Both the position numbers and the translations under genes were made by a program. The notes under the pieces are model-generated. The model saw only the letters and a list, made by a program, of their open reading frames with translations, was not told where the DNA came from and did not search any database. Positions 19,423 to 29,090 of a stretch of DNA of 64,000 nucleotides are shown piece by piece. Position 1 is the stretch's first letter, and each line of letters starts with the position of its first letter. This stretch comes from a candidate division WOR-3 bacterium (GTDB lineage Bacteria > Hydrothermota > Tepidihabitantia > Tepidihabitantales > Tepidihabitantaceae), in the NCBI GenBank assembly GCA_965649295.1, contig CBFGKH010000002.1:96001-160000 (forward strand), given 5' to 3'.

Positions 19423-19450
19423 ATTGTAGGCTGACGATGTTTTGTGTCAA
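19423..19450 (-). promoter_or_regulatory. sigma70-type promoter of the propeller-gene cluster
   Basis: TTGACA-N16-TACAAT upstream of the AGGAGG SD. Confidence 0.7.
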
Positions 19451-19482
19451 TAATGGAGGGGCAGGGTTTGGCCCTAATCTAT

Positions 19483-19520
19483 GTTATAGGCGCTGGTGGA
19501 GGGAATTGAGCGGGGAAAAT
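19483..19520 (-). promoter_or_regulatory. Conserved 38-bp terminal motif, copy B
   Basis: ATTTTCCCCGCTCAATTCCCTCCACCAGCGCCTATAAC aligns ungapped with copies A and C. Confidence 0.7.
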
Positions 19521-19644
19521 GAATGTCTTGGGATGTGGCGTCGGGTTGCGGGGAACGGGTTGTATATCGGAAAGTACACAGGCCGCGGGCTAGGAAGCAT
19601 GGCCTAACTTCCGGTTTGTCAACTGATTAGCCGTAGGAATCGTT

Positions 19645-19944
19645 TCTTGGCCCCCCATCCCGGGGACTGTCCCGGGAGTGGTCTCGGATTGGCTCTACGA
19701 GCTGCTTGCTCGCGTGGTTTGTCCGGTTCTTGGTGGTGCTATTGCGCGAGGAGTTGCCCAAGCGGTCTGGGGCTGGGCCGGTTCGGCTGATTGGCTAACT
19801 GCTCCTAGGCCCGATTCGGCGATTGCTGGCCAAGACGTTCTTGCCAGCGCTGGGTAATGCTCTTTTCTAGCTCTCTCGGCTGCTGCTGGTCAGCATGTTG
19901 GGCAGCGGGCTGGTCAGCAGGTGCCGATAGGGGTCTGGTCGAGA
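19645..19944. repeat. Degenerate 12-bp-period intergenic array B with tandem CCCGGG cores (19659, 19671)
   Basis: In 12-mers from 19645, columns 2-3 are pyrimidine-pyrimidine in 22 of 25 units (GTC/GTT/GCT/CTT), and A clusters at columns 8-10. Confidence 0.85.
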
Positions 19945-19950
19945 CCGATG

Positions 19951-21681
19951 CTAGTGGGGTAGCTGCTTTTTGGCGGCGAGCCGGTTGAAGCCGTCGGCAA
20001 GAAGACCGGCGACAGCAGTAATGAGCAGCGTGCTGCCAGCGGTGAGTGGCTCGCTTGGGCCTTCGAGGTGGATGCGGCCGACTGGTTTCTTGCCGTCAAT
20101 GACCGGCCAGCTTTGAATCTGAGCGGTGTCAATGATGTCGAAGGGGCCGAGCCGTTGGGCCGGAACGGGGTCGAGCCCGCCGTGCTTTGCTACAACCTGG
20201 CCGTTCTGCAGGGCGATGCCGTTATTGAAACGAAGGGCGGTACAGAGCAGGGTGAGGGCTTCGGCCAGGAAGTCGGCGGGTTCGAGATTGATGCCGGCAA
20301 GGCCGGTCAGTCCCAGTAGCAGAGCCTGCTCGCGGTCGCGGGCCAGGGCAATTTTGAAGAGCAGTCGGTTGGTGCTCACTGCCTCGGCAACGACCCGGAG
20401 CTTGCGAAAGGTTCGGCCAGCAGCTTCGAGCAGCTCCAAGGCTGCGTCGGTCTGGTTCTGGGCGAGGCGGAAGCAGCCGTATTGGAATCGGGCAGTGGCG
20501 AGGGCATAGCTCTCCTCGGCATCAGCCAAGAGTTCGATGGCGGCGTCAAAGGCGGCCGCGGCCTGGCTTGGTTCCTCTTGGGCAGCAAAGATGCGGCCGA
20601 GCACGAGCAGGGCACCAGCCTCGACTGGTCGCGCACCAGTTGCTTGGGCTAGGGTCAATGATTCGTCGCCGTGGTGTCGGGCAGTGGCGAGGTCGTGCTG
20701 GTCGAGGGCAAGCTCGGCCAGGCGCGAGTGGACGAGTGCCTGCAGCCGACGATCGCCAGCAGCGATTGAGCGGTCAAGGGCCTGCTGATAGGTGGTTCGG
20801 GCGCTGGTAAGGTTGCCCTGGCGTTGGTAAGCGAGGCCGAGATTGGCGAGGATGTCGCCGTAGGCGGATGGGGTGTCGGGTGTTGGCGCCCTGGTGAGCT
20901 CGTCAGCGGCCCGGCGAAAGAAGTCAATGGCCTGGCCAAGCTGATTGCGGTGAAGATAAAGCTCGCCGAGGCAGTTGCAGGTGTCGCTAATGGTCTCATG
21001 CCGGCCTTGGACAGCGTCGTCTTGCAGCACGCGTTCAAGGCAGTCAACTGCGTCTTCCCAGCGGCCGAGCGCTTCGAGCGCCCAGCCGAGGTTGTAGGTG
21101 ATGACAATCTTGGTGCGGATATCGCCCTGCTCTTCGGCGAGATTGTAGGCCTGCTGGTAGTAGGTGAGGGCGGTCTCATGGTCGCCTTGCAGGCCGGCAA
21201 TGTTGGCGAGCATCATCAGAACCGAATATTCGGCATCAGGTGGACCTTGTATCTGCCAGTGCTGGCGGGCCTTCTCGAAGAGGGCGCGGGCCTCGTCATA
21301 GGCGCCACGGGTGTAGGCGATTTCGGCCGCAACGTAGTCATTCGAACCGAGAATGTGCTCGCGTTTGGCGGGTGAGAGGTCGGCGGCCGCGCGGATGAGC
21401 TGGCGGAACTCTTCGGCTTCAGCGAGCAGGCCGATGCCAATCATCGCCTCGGCAGCACGGATAGCATATTCGCCCATCCGGCGCTGATTCCCGAGGCGGT
21501 GGGCAGTCATAATCGCTTGGTGGAACAGCTCGCTGGCCTGGGTTGGGTCTTGAGGACAGATGCGGCGGGCGGTCTGGAATTGCTGCTCGGCCCGCTCAGC
21601 CGAGTCGGTCACCGGGCTGGTGCCCGCAGGCGCGGTATCGGGACTCTCCTTGCCGGAATCGTCATCCATCGCTACGGCCAT
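19951..21681 (-). CDS. Tetratricopeptide-repeat (MalT-like TPR) protein
   Basis: Many TPR motifs (YNLGWALEALGRWEDA, NLGLAYQRQGNLTSA); short GAF-like C-terminus. Confidence 0.85.
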   Translation of the reverse strand: MAVAMDDDSGKESPDTAPAGTSPVTDSAERAEQQFQTARRICPQDPTQASELFHQAIMTAHRLGNQRRMGEYAIRAAEAMIGIGLLAEAEEFRQLIRAAADLSPAKREHILGSNDYVAAEIAYTRGAYDEARALFEKARQHWQIQGPPDAEYSVLMMLANIAGLQGDHETALTYYQQAYNLAEEQGDIRTKIVITYNLGWALEALGRWEDAVDCLERVLQDDAVQGRHETISDTCNCLGELYLHRNQLGQAIDFFRRAADELTRAPTPDTPSAYGDILANLGLAYQRQGNLTSARTTYQQALDRSIAAGDRRLQALVHSRLAELALDQHDLATARHHGDESLTLAQATGARPVEAGALLVLGRIFAAQEEPSQAAAAFDAAIELLADAEESYALATARFQYGCFRLAQNQTDAALELLEAAGRTFRKLRVVAEAVSTNRLLFKIALARDREQALLLGLTGLAGINLEPADFLAEALTLLCTALRFNNGIALQNGQVVAKHGGLDPVPAQRLGPFDIIDTAQIQSWPVIDGKKPVGRIHLEGPSEPLTAGSTLLITAVAGLLADGFNRLAAKKQLPH

Positions 21682-21729
21682 AATAGGGCCGGTTGAGCGG
21701 TTGTCAAAGACTATTTACCGGTTGGCGAA

Positions 21730-23523
21730 CTAGCGGGTGACGACGAGCTTGGTTACGCCGGTGCGGGTGGGAAAGAAATAGATGCCGGGCCGGATGGTGG
21801 TGGTGCCGACGCGGCGGCCAGTGGCGTCGAACAAGGCGTTGCTAGATTGGAGATTGCAAAGTGCAAATGGCAAGTGGGCGTTGTGGCGGAGGATGGACGA
21901 AGGGGTCGCGGCCACAGGTTCGGTAACGGCAGTGCTGGTGCCAAAGCTTAGGTCGTCCCAGTAGGCGAAGCCGCCGAAGCCGAGCAGCTTCAGATTGAGC
22001 CGGGCAAATTCGGTGCCGGCCGGAGCTACTACCGGGCCGGTGGTCAGTTCGATCCAGGCGCTACTGTCCCGGACGATTTCGGCCGAGCTGGCACTGGCGA
22101 TGACCTCGTGGTTTGCGTTGTACCACTCGATGACCAGTTGCAGGCGGTTGCCCCGGCCGTCGTCCTTGTAGGCCCAGCCACGGAACTCACACAGGCTGCC
22201 AGGAGTGACGCGGACATCCTGAAAGACAGAGGAGCGGACTGGCCAGGGATAGCCGAGCGAGTCGGGTTGCTGACCGATGCTGGCCGAACCAGAGTGAACG
22301 ATCGCGGTCTCGCGGTGGTAGCGCGCCTTGCGGCCTTCATACCAGCCAGCCGGATTGGCGGTGGTGTCGCTGGGCACGGCTAGGGTGTCAAGATACCAGG
22401 TCTCACAGTCGCCATTGGTGAAGGCGGCCAGCGGCGGGTTGAATGATTCGCGCAATGCGGCCCAGAGTTCGGGCCGAGCGCCGTCGTAGCCGAGCGCCCA
22501 GATGCCGGTCCCGAGCAGGTTGTGGCGATGGACCTCCTGATACTTGAGCAGGAGGCTCGTGTCGTCGTCGAACCAGCCCTGGTTCCAGCCGCCGTTGTAG
22601 AAGGCGTACCAGGGAGTCTGGGATTCAGCGTCCCAGCGGTAGCCGTGGGCAGCGGCCCGGCTTGGTGCGTCACGGTAGTAGAGCGCTTCGCCGTAGCCGG
22701 CAGTGGCTGAGTGGGTTGTCTCGGCGCGGGTCGGCCACTGAAAGCCGTAGTAGGGCAGGCCGAGATAGAGCTTGCTGCCGTTACCAATCTCGTTCAGATA
22801 GAGATTGAGGGTCAGCTGGAGATTGCCGTAGAAAGGCCAGCCGGTGAGTGGTGCGACCGGCCCGGCTTCAGGACCGCCCTGCCAGTGATAGTTATAGCCC
22901 ATAATGAAGAGGCCGTCGGTCGTGTCGGCCAGAGCGGCAAAGTCGTAGGCGTTGGCAGGGTCGAGCGGCATTGTGGCCATGGTCAGTTCGAGGCCGGCGC
23001 TGCGACAGGCGCGAGACAACGCCTGCATAAAAAGCACCACTGTGTCCCGGTCTGCCGGGAGAATCTCCTCAAAGTCAATGTTGATGCCGTCCATCCCGGC
23101 AGTAGTGGCAAGGGCAATGAGATTCGGAATCGCGGCCGGAGCGCGAATCGCGTGATGGATGTTGTACCAGCCGAAGCAGGTTGCCACCAGCTCGCACTTG
23201 ACGCCGTTACGATGGGCGCGGTCAATGGCCGCAGCCCAGCGAGTCGGAAAGTTGTTATCGTTGGTGATACTGCCGTCCGGGTTGAGGGTGACATCGAAGA
23301 TGCCGATGTGGGTAAGCAGGTCGTAGTGAAGCCAACGTTCGTCAACCCAGTAGGGCAGGTAACCGTAGATGCGGCGGATGGGCGGTGAGTCAGGACCGGG
23401 CTGGAGCGGTGTCGGTCTTGGCCCGGAATGGGGCGCGGCTGGCGCTGGTGGGTGGGTGATGGCTTCCTGCCAGTGAATAGAGCTGGGGCCGGACGCCGAG
23501 ATGAGAAGCAGCAGTAGTAACAT
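21730..23523 (-). CDS. Secreted GH18 glycoside hydrolase with CBM4/9-like domain and short CTD
   Basis: DGINIDFE catalytic motif, IMGYNY, LGLPYYG, GIWALG; C-terminal FDATGRRV..PGIYF. Confidence 0.88.
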   Translation of the reverse strand: MLLLLLLISASGPSSIHWQEAITHPPAPAAPHSGPRPTPLQPGPDSPPIRRIYGYLPYWVDERWLHYDLLTHIGIFDVTLNPDGSITNDNNFPTRWAAAIDRAHRNGVKCELVATCFGWYNIHHAIRAPAAIPNLIALATTAGMDGINIDFEEILPADRDTVVLFMQALSRACRSAGLELTMATMPLDPANAYDFAALADTTDGLFIMGYNYHWQGGPEAGPVAPLTGWPFYGNLQLTLNLYLNEIGNGSKLYLGLPYYGFQWPTRAETTHSATAGYGEALYYRDAPSRAAAHGYRWDAESQTPWYAFYNGGWNQGWFDDDTSLLLKYQEVHRHNLLGTGIWALGYDGARPELWAALRESFNPPLAAFTNGDCETWYLDTLAVPSDTTANPAGWYEGRKARYHRETAIVHSGSASIGQQPDSLGYPWPVRSSVFQDVRVTPGSLCEFRGWAYKDDGRGNRLQLVIEWYNANHEVIASASSAEIVRDSSAWIELTTGPVVAPAGTEFARLNLKLLGFGGFAYWDDLSFGTSTAVTEPVAATPSSILRHNAHLPFALCNLQSSNALFDATGRRVGTTTIRPGIYFFPTRTGVTKLVVTR

Positions 23524-24170
23524 CAGCTGGCCGGTTTGTACAGCAGCACGACGTCAGCATCGGCAAAGTCGCTGGTCCAGCCAAACCGGGCCGCGATGTG
23601 CCGGAACGTGGTCGCAGTGTAGAAGACGACGTGGGTAGGGTCGCGGCGATAGTGCCAGGTGGCGAAGTCCTGTCGAGGAGTGAGCAGCCGGGTCATCACC
23701 CCGAGCCAGCCGTTTGGTCGGAGCAGGCGATCGAGGCGGCGGAGTTCGACTGCCGGCTGGTGGAAGTGCTCGAAGACTTCAGAGCAGGTGATGAAGTCGT
23801 AGTGACCTTCGAGCGCGGCCGGGTCAGGCGCAAAGAACGGGTCGTAGCGCCGGACCGAGTGACCGGCAGCGGCGAGGATTGAGCCAAGCAGCGGGGTCGG
23901 GCCGCAGCCGTAGTCGAGTCCCGACTGCGATGAACCAAGGCGCCGAAGGAGTGGTCGGGCCAAACGTTCTAGAAACCGACGGTAGCCAGGGTCGGCAGGG
24001 TCGTTCTGGTGCTTTTGGTAGCGGGCAAGCTCGGTAGCCGGGTCGGGAAGACAGGCCGGGTCGAGAAAGACCGCCTGGCAAACCGGGCAGCGCCAGTAGT
24101 ACTGATTGGCGCTGGTGAAATAGGGCGCAGGTTCGGGTGCGCAGCAGACCGGACAGGATGGAGTCGGCAC
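23523..24170 (-). CDS. Class I SAM-dependent methyltransferase with N-terminal CxxC motifs
   Basis: CPVC (twice), GLDYGCGP, YDFITCSEVFEHF, WHYRRDPTHV. Confidence 0.85.
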   Translation of the reverse strand: MPTPSCPVCCAPEPAPYFTSANQYYWRCPVCQAVFLDPACLPDPATELARYQKHQNDPADPGYRRFLERLARPLLRRLGSSQSGLDYGCGPTPLLGSILAAAGHSVRRYDPFFAPDPAALEGHYDFITCSEVFEHFHQPAVELRRLDRLLRPNGWLGVMTRLLTPRQDFATWHYRRDPTHVVFYTATTFRHIAARFGWTSDFADADVVLLYKPAS

Positions 24171-24171
24171 G

Positions 24172-24555
24172 CTAGTGGGGAGTGAGCGCTTTGTAAACCG
24201 CGGCCATCAGGCAGCGGCTCGAACCGGTCGCGCCGGCAACAACATCAACGTCCGGACTCTGGGCGGCAATAATCCGGTCGAGGGTGGCGCGGGCATCGTA
24301 GCCGGGGCCGCAGCGCTGGTCAATAACTTCGATGGCAGTGATGCGATGGTCGGCAACGCGGACCCGGACATGGGCTGCGACGAGAAAGTCACCGAACTTG
24401 CCCTCGTAGTCACCGTCAGCAATCCCGGACAGGTCAACCGTAGCCCGGGGCGCGTTGAGCATCACCGTGCGCATCTTGTTGAAGCGGAACGAGAACCAGC
24501 CGACTGCGCCGAGCAGCAGCACGACCGGCACGCCGATGAGGAGTGCGGGTTTCAC
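24172..24555 (-). CDS. Membrane-anchored FMN-binding (flavinylation target) protein
   Basis: N-terminal TM; DGDYEG...QSPDVDVVAGATGSS flavinylation motif. Confidence 0.85.
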   Translation of the reverse strand: MKPALLIGVPVVLLLGAVGWFSFRFNKMRTVMLNAPRATVDLSGIADGDYEGKFGDFLVAAHVRVRVADHRITAIEVIDQRCGPGYDARATLDRIIAAQSPDVDVVAGATGSSRCLMAAVYKALTPH

Positions 24556-24678
24556 AGGCCCAGTCTAGCCGGTGACTTGACTGGCGTCAATCGCAGAGGT
24601 GACACGGCGGGGCAAGGTTGTAAGGGCTTGATAATCAATGCCTAATAGGACTGGCACAACAGTTGCGCCAGTTTCGCC

Positions 24679-24706
24679 TTGACTTGCCTTGGGCGCCGGC
24701 TATGAT
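24679..24706 (+). promoter_or_regulatory. sigma70 promoter, leaderless configuration
   Basis: TTGACT-N16-TATGAT, 8 nt before ATG 24715, no SD. Confidence 0.7.
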
Positions 24707-24714
24707 TCGGCACC

Positions 24715-25746
24715 ATGGCGAAGAAATACACGGTGCTTGAAACCTGGATTGTCAACACGACCAAGCCGGTTGAGTCGAACTCGGCCGAGCAGACTTATGA
24801 GCGAATCGAACGCCAGGGCGGCGGCCGGCTGCCGGTGATTGACATACCGCAGGAGCTGCGGCGAGAGGAAGATTTTATTGACGAGGCGCAGGTGCGCGAC
24901 TTTGTGGCCCATCTTGGGTCGGCGCAGGAAGTGCTCGACATTGGGCCGGGTGACGGCTGGCCGCTACTGCGGCTGGCGCCGTTCTTTCGGGCGGTCACCG
25001 GGGTTGACGCCTCAGCCCGGCGGGTTGAGACGATCAAGGCCAATGCCGAGAAGCTCGGCTTGAAGAACGTGACGGTTCGCCTCGGCTCGGCGCTCGAACT
25101 GCCGTTTGCCGACAAGACCTTCGACGGCGCGGTTGCTAGTTGCAGCATCGAGGAGACACCAGACAGCTTTGCGGCCCTGCGCGAGGTCTATCGGGTGCTG
25201 AAGCCGGGCGGCAAGTTCCGGGTCAGCTTCCAGTCCTACGACACCAAAGACCGGGGTTTCAGTGAGGGGATGATGCTTTCCGAGACCGCTGATTCGCTCG
25301 GCTATCACTATTTCATCAAGCACCGGTTGCCGCCGTGGGAGCGAAACTACCTTGTCAAGTTTGCGGTCACGCCGGAGATGAAAGAGGCCTTTGCCAAGCT
25401 GGCCGACCTGGTCGAACGGCTGGGGACGAATCCGAGTGCTAATCCCGAAATCGGCTTGGAGTTTTTGGAGCGGCACCAGGCGCAGATTATCGGCGCGAGC
25501 TGGTATGAGCTAGAACACTTCACCAGCCAGACGATGAAGGAGAGCCTGGAAGAAGTCGGTTTTGTCAATGTCCGCTGCACCTATTCGGCAGGGACCTTGG
25601 CGCGGACGTGCTGGCCGCGGCTGCGCGATGTTGAGCTTGGCGACAGTCAGGCGCAGGCGGTCTGCGCCGGGCTGGCCGATGTCGCGCTCGGCCTTGAGGC
25701 ACCCGGCCACTCTGGCGAGCCGGTGACGGCAACCCGGCCGGCCTGA
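24715..25746 (+). CDS. Class I SAM-dependent methyltransferase
   Basis: VLDIGPGDG, VTGVD, LPFADKTFD, EVYRVLKPGG. Confidence 0.85.
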   Translation: MAKKYTVLETWIVNTTKPVESNSAEQTYERIERQGGGRLPVIDIPQELRREEDFIDEAQVRDFVAHLGSAQEVLDIGPGDGWPLLRLAPFFRAVTGVDASARRVETIKANAEKLGLKNVTVRLGSALELPFADKTFDGAVASCSIEETPDSFAALREVYRVLKPGGKFRVSFQSYDTKDRGFSEGMMLSETADSLGYHYFIKHRLPPWERNYLVKFAVTPEMKEAFAKLADLVERLGTNPSANPEIGLEFLERHQAQIIGASWYELEHFTSQTMKESLEEVGFVNVRCTYSAGTLARTCWPRLRDVELGDSQAQAVCAGLADVALGLEAPGHSGEPVTATRPA

Positions 25747-25821
25747 CAAGGGCTTGACGCACCGAGTCTGGCGCGTTACGCTTGATACCATCATGCGTGT
25801 CCTGCCCGAACGCAGACGGAG

Positions 25822-27108
25822 GTGCCAGTGACAAATCGGCTGTCGGCGGTTAGGTTTTGGCTGCTCGGGTTTTGCACCATTGCCCTGCTCTTCGCTGGGT
25901 GTCGGCGAGCGGAGCCGGGAACTCCTATCGGAACAACCTACGAACGAATCGCGCGGCCGGCGGTCTGGCGCGTACTGCCGCGGACGCAGGCCGAGTCGCT
26001 CGGTATCCTGCCTGGTGACCTAATCCTCGCCTATGCCGGCGTGCCGATAAAGTCGGTGAGCGAGCTTTGGCAGGCGCAGGCCCAGGCTGAGACCGCCACT
26101 AGCAAGGTCGAGATTACCTTGCTGCGCGACGGTCAGGAGGTGCGGATTGCGGCGCGGGGCGGCGGTTTGGGACTCTTGCTCGACGAGGACCGCTATCCTT
26201 CGAGCCTGGCAATTGCCCTCGAAGACGTCCTTGCCAACCACGGAGCGATCGCCGAATACGATTGGATTGCTGCGGCCCTGGGCGAGAGCTTCACCTTCAC
26301 GGCAATAGCCGGTGAGTGTCCACTACAGTGGCCAGGTGCCATCACCGATGAATACCTCGAATCGCTGCAGTCGGCATTCGGCCTATCGTTCAAGACCGTC
26401 TATCTGGCTCCGCCTGAGGATACACTGGCGGCAACCGAAACAGTCGCGGTGGCGGCAGTGCGCAAAGAGCTTGAGCACGGCGCGACCGTGCTCGTCCTCG
26501 GCGAATGGGCTGATGACCCAATCAGCCGGTGGGGAATCGTCACCCGTTTTGATGGGACCGACTCGCTGCTCTATGGCTTCACAACCGGCGCGGCCACCGA
26601 GGTTCCGGTTACCGGGCTTATTGATGAAGTGTTGACTGTCGGCTACGCGCCGACCGGTGAAGTTGACCCGGCAGCCCTGCTGGGACTGGTACTCGTCCAT
26701 GCCATCGAACTTGGTCAGGCCTACGAGCCGGGCGACTGGCAGTCAGGCATCGCGGCCTACGATGTCTGGCTCGCGGCCCTCGACAGTGTGCCGTTCTGTC
26801 CGGTTTGTGGCGACCAGAGTCAGGTCTGCTTTGATGCGCTGGTTTGGAACTTGATTGCCAATCGGGAGAGTGCCAATCGTTTCCTTGCCGACATGAAAGA
26901 GGCCCTGCCCGAACATGCCGACCTGATTGACGATATTCGCACCCAGCAGAGCGGAATCATTGCCCGGCTGGAGGGCATCACCCGCAGCGGCACCACTGTT
27001 GGTACCATCGCCAATCAGCAGAAGCTCGGACGGGTCGTCGGCGAGATTCAGCAGGCAGAGATTGATCTGCAGCTACTCTACCAAGAACTGCTCAGCGATT
27101 TGAAATAG
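25822..27108 (+). CDS. PDZ-domain lipoprotein
   Basis: Lipobox LFAGC; PDZ-like AESLGILPGDLILAYAGVPI...ITLLRDGQE. Confidence 0.75.
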   Translation: MPVTNRLSAVRFWLLGFCTIALLFAGCRRAEPGTPIGTTYERIARPAVWRVLPRTQAESLGILPGDLILAYAGVPIKSVSELWQAQAQAETATSKVEITLLRDGQEVRIAARGGGLGLLLDEDRYPSSLAIALEDVLANHGAIAEYDWIAAALGESFTFTAIAGECPLQWPGAITDEYLESLQSAFGLSFKTVYLAPPEDTLAATETVAVAAVRKELEHGATVLVLGEWADDPISRWGIVTRFDGTDSLLYGFTTGAATEVPVTGLIDEVLTVGYAPTGEVDPAALLGLVLVHAIELGQAYEPGDWQSGIAAYDVWLAALDSVPFCPVCGDQSQVCFDALVWNLIANRESANRFLADMKEALPEHADLIDDIRTQQSGIIARLEGITRSGTTVGTIANQQKLGRVVGEIQQAEIDLQLLYQELLSDLK

Positions 27109-27134
27109 GCCGACCCGGCACCAAAGACAATCGG

Positions 27135-29090
27135 CTAGCGGCCGGTATCGTAAATGTCGTCAAAGGCTGGATGCCAGTCGTGGAGGTTGTTCTGGAGGCG
27201 CAAGCTCTCCGGGTCGAGGGTGGTGTTGGTCAGATAGATGCACCAGTTGCTCGACCAACCAATCTCGTTATTGACAATTCGCGGTACGCAACTGTCAACA
27301 TAGACAATCCCGGTGCCGCCAGCCCCGCCGTAGAGGACGCGGCAGCGATCGAGGGTCGTTCCCGGCTGGGTCAAGGGATAGAAGGCCAGGCCGCGCCAGT
27401 GGCCGGGCACTGTGGCGGTGCCGCTGAAGGTGATGGTGCTGGTGGTACCGACTGCCCGCAACAGCGCCGAGCCGGTGCGGCCGACGACGAGCCCGGCGCC
27501 GGCAGCGAAGAGTAGTTCGGCACCGGGGTCAATTACCAGTTGCGGACTGTCACCACCGATCTCGACAACACCGCTGACAACATAGGGCGCACGCTGATTC
27601 CGCCACTGGTGGACACCGGCAGCAATCGTGTCGGCAAGGACCGCGATGCCGGGGCGGTTGTCCTTATAGGTATTGTCGGTACCAAGCGTGGTGATGGCCG
27701 AGGCCGAAAGTTCGAGGCCGTAGCCGGTGCAATACTCAATTGTGTTGCCGTTGAACTGGCGAAAGCCGCAGTTGCGCAAAGTGATGCCGTTGCCAGCGCA
27801 ATAAGCGATGCGCGAGCCGGAGAGAGCGATTGGCGCACGATAGCAGGTGACGCCGGCCCGACTTGACCGCTCGATAGTCGTGAAGCGAAAGAGCGAGCGG
27901 AGCGTGTCGGTGCGCTGGCGGAACTCGATACCGCGCCAGCGGCCGGTCGGGTTGAGGCTGGAAAAGACGATGGCGCTGACACTGCCGTCGCAGCGTAAGC
28001 CGCCAGGCCGAGCATCATCGGCCACAAACAGACCAGCCGAATCGGCAAAAAGGAGCGAGCAACCCTCGGCAACGGCCAGCAGCGGATTCGCACTGCCGGC
28101 AACAGCCAAATCAGCAGTAATGCACCAGGGCACGCCCGGATTGGGCCAGGTTGCCGACTGGCTGAGGGTACCACCCGGGACCTCGACGCCGTTGCGGCTG
28201 TTGTTGCGAAAGATATTGCCCGTACCGATGGTTGCTGCCCAAGGAGCGTCAACCCGCACCGGAATCTCGGCGCAATCCTCAAAATTGTTGCCCTCGCAGC
28301 GGCTGAACCCGCAGCCAATCAAAACAACCGCCCGACCGCTGCTGCCTAGCCGGCAGTCGGTAAGCGTGATGGCGCAAGACTCGGCGTTGATAAGCGCGGC
28401 GCTGCCACGTTCGAGGCGACAGCGCTGCAACCGGCAGCTATCCGCCACAGCGCGGCGGCGAAAGAAAATCCCGGCCCAGGAAGCAGAGTTACCAAGGCTC
28501 GTCAGCGTAATCAGCGAATCCTGCTTGCCAATGGCAATAAGGCCGGCTGGTGCGTTACTGCCGACCCTAATCGCCACACCCGGAGCGACCAATACCCTCA
28601 CTCCTGGTTCGAGACGAAGAAACGACTCAACAAAGAGGTCGCGGTCAATCACATGGGGATTATCAGCCGCTAGCCAGGTCTCGGGCGTGGCCACAATGCC
28701 GCCATGACGAAACCCGGCATCCGGGCCGACAACGACAACGACTGGTGCGGACCGGCCGACATTATCGGCCGCATCGCGGGCAGCACAGAGCAGGGTCTCG
28801 CTTCGGCCCGGCTCAAACCGAACCGTGTTCCAGACAAACTCAAAAGTGTCGCCCTGACCGGTCGAGTCGCGGCCAAGATAGCGGTTGCCGGCATAGAAAT
28901 CAGCCGCGACGACGCGGCTTTGGTCAGCGATAACCGCGCGAATCACCGTGCCGACTAGGACCGTGTCACCGGCCGCCGGCGCGATAATCGTCACCCGGGG
29001 AGGGTCAAAATCCCCAGGCGGGCAAGCGGTTATCAATAAACCGCCAACAGCAACAACCAAAGACCAAGGCCAGCCAGACCTAATCACCAT
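27135..29090 (-). CDS. Lipoprotein with bacterial Ig-like domain and right-handed beta-helix repeats
   Basis: Lipobox LITAC; PPRVTIIAP...ARDAADNVG; repeated L.I.PG..L.F...W.GI.F units. Confidence 0.75.
   Translation of the reverse strand: MVIRSGWPWSLVVAVGGLLITACPPGDFDPPRVTIIAPAAGDTVLVGTVIRAVIADQSRVVAADFYAGNRYLGRDSTGQGDTFEFVWNTVRFEPGRSETLLCAARDAADNVGRSAPVVVVVGPDAGFRHGGIVATPETWLAADNPHVIDRDLFVESFLRLEPGVRVLVAPGVAIRVGSNAPAGLIAIGKQDSLITLTSLGNSASWAGIFFRRRAVADSCRLQRCRLERGSAALINAESCAITLTDCRLGSSGRAVVLIGCGFSRCEGNNFEDCAEIPVRVDAPWAATIGTGNIFRNNSRNGVEVPGGTLSQSATWPNPGVPWCITADLAVAGSANPLLAVAEGCSLLFADSAGLFVADDARPGGLRCDGSVSAIVFSSLNPTGRWRGIEFRQRTDTLRSLFRFTTIERSSRAGVTCYRAPIALSGSRIAYCAGNGITLRNCGFRQFNGNTIEYCTGYGLELSASAITTLGTDNTYKDNRPGIAVLADTIAAGVHQWRNQRAPYVVSGVVEIGGDSPQLVIDPGAELLFAAGAGLVVGRTGSALLRAVGTTSTITFSGTATVPGHWRGLAFYPLTQPGTTLDRCRVLYGGAGGTGIVYVDSCVPRIVNNEIGWSSNWCIYLTNTTLDPESLRLQNNLHDWHPAFDDIYDTGR

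Noticed and set aside
19645..19944. CRISPR array or true tandem repeat reading of the 12-bp arrays
   Set aside because: No identical direct repeats with spacers and no cas genes; only positional bias recurs.
19602..19950. Integron attC site (GCCTAAC matches RYYYAAC)
   Set aside because: No convincing complementary GTTRRRY-ended hairpin, the equivalent site in C is GCCTAAG, and no integrase is present.
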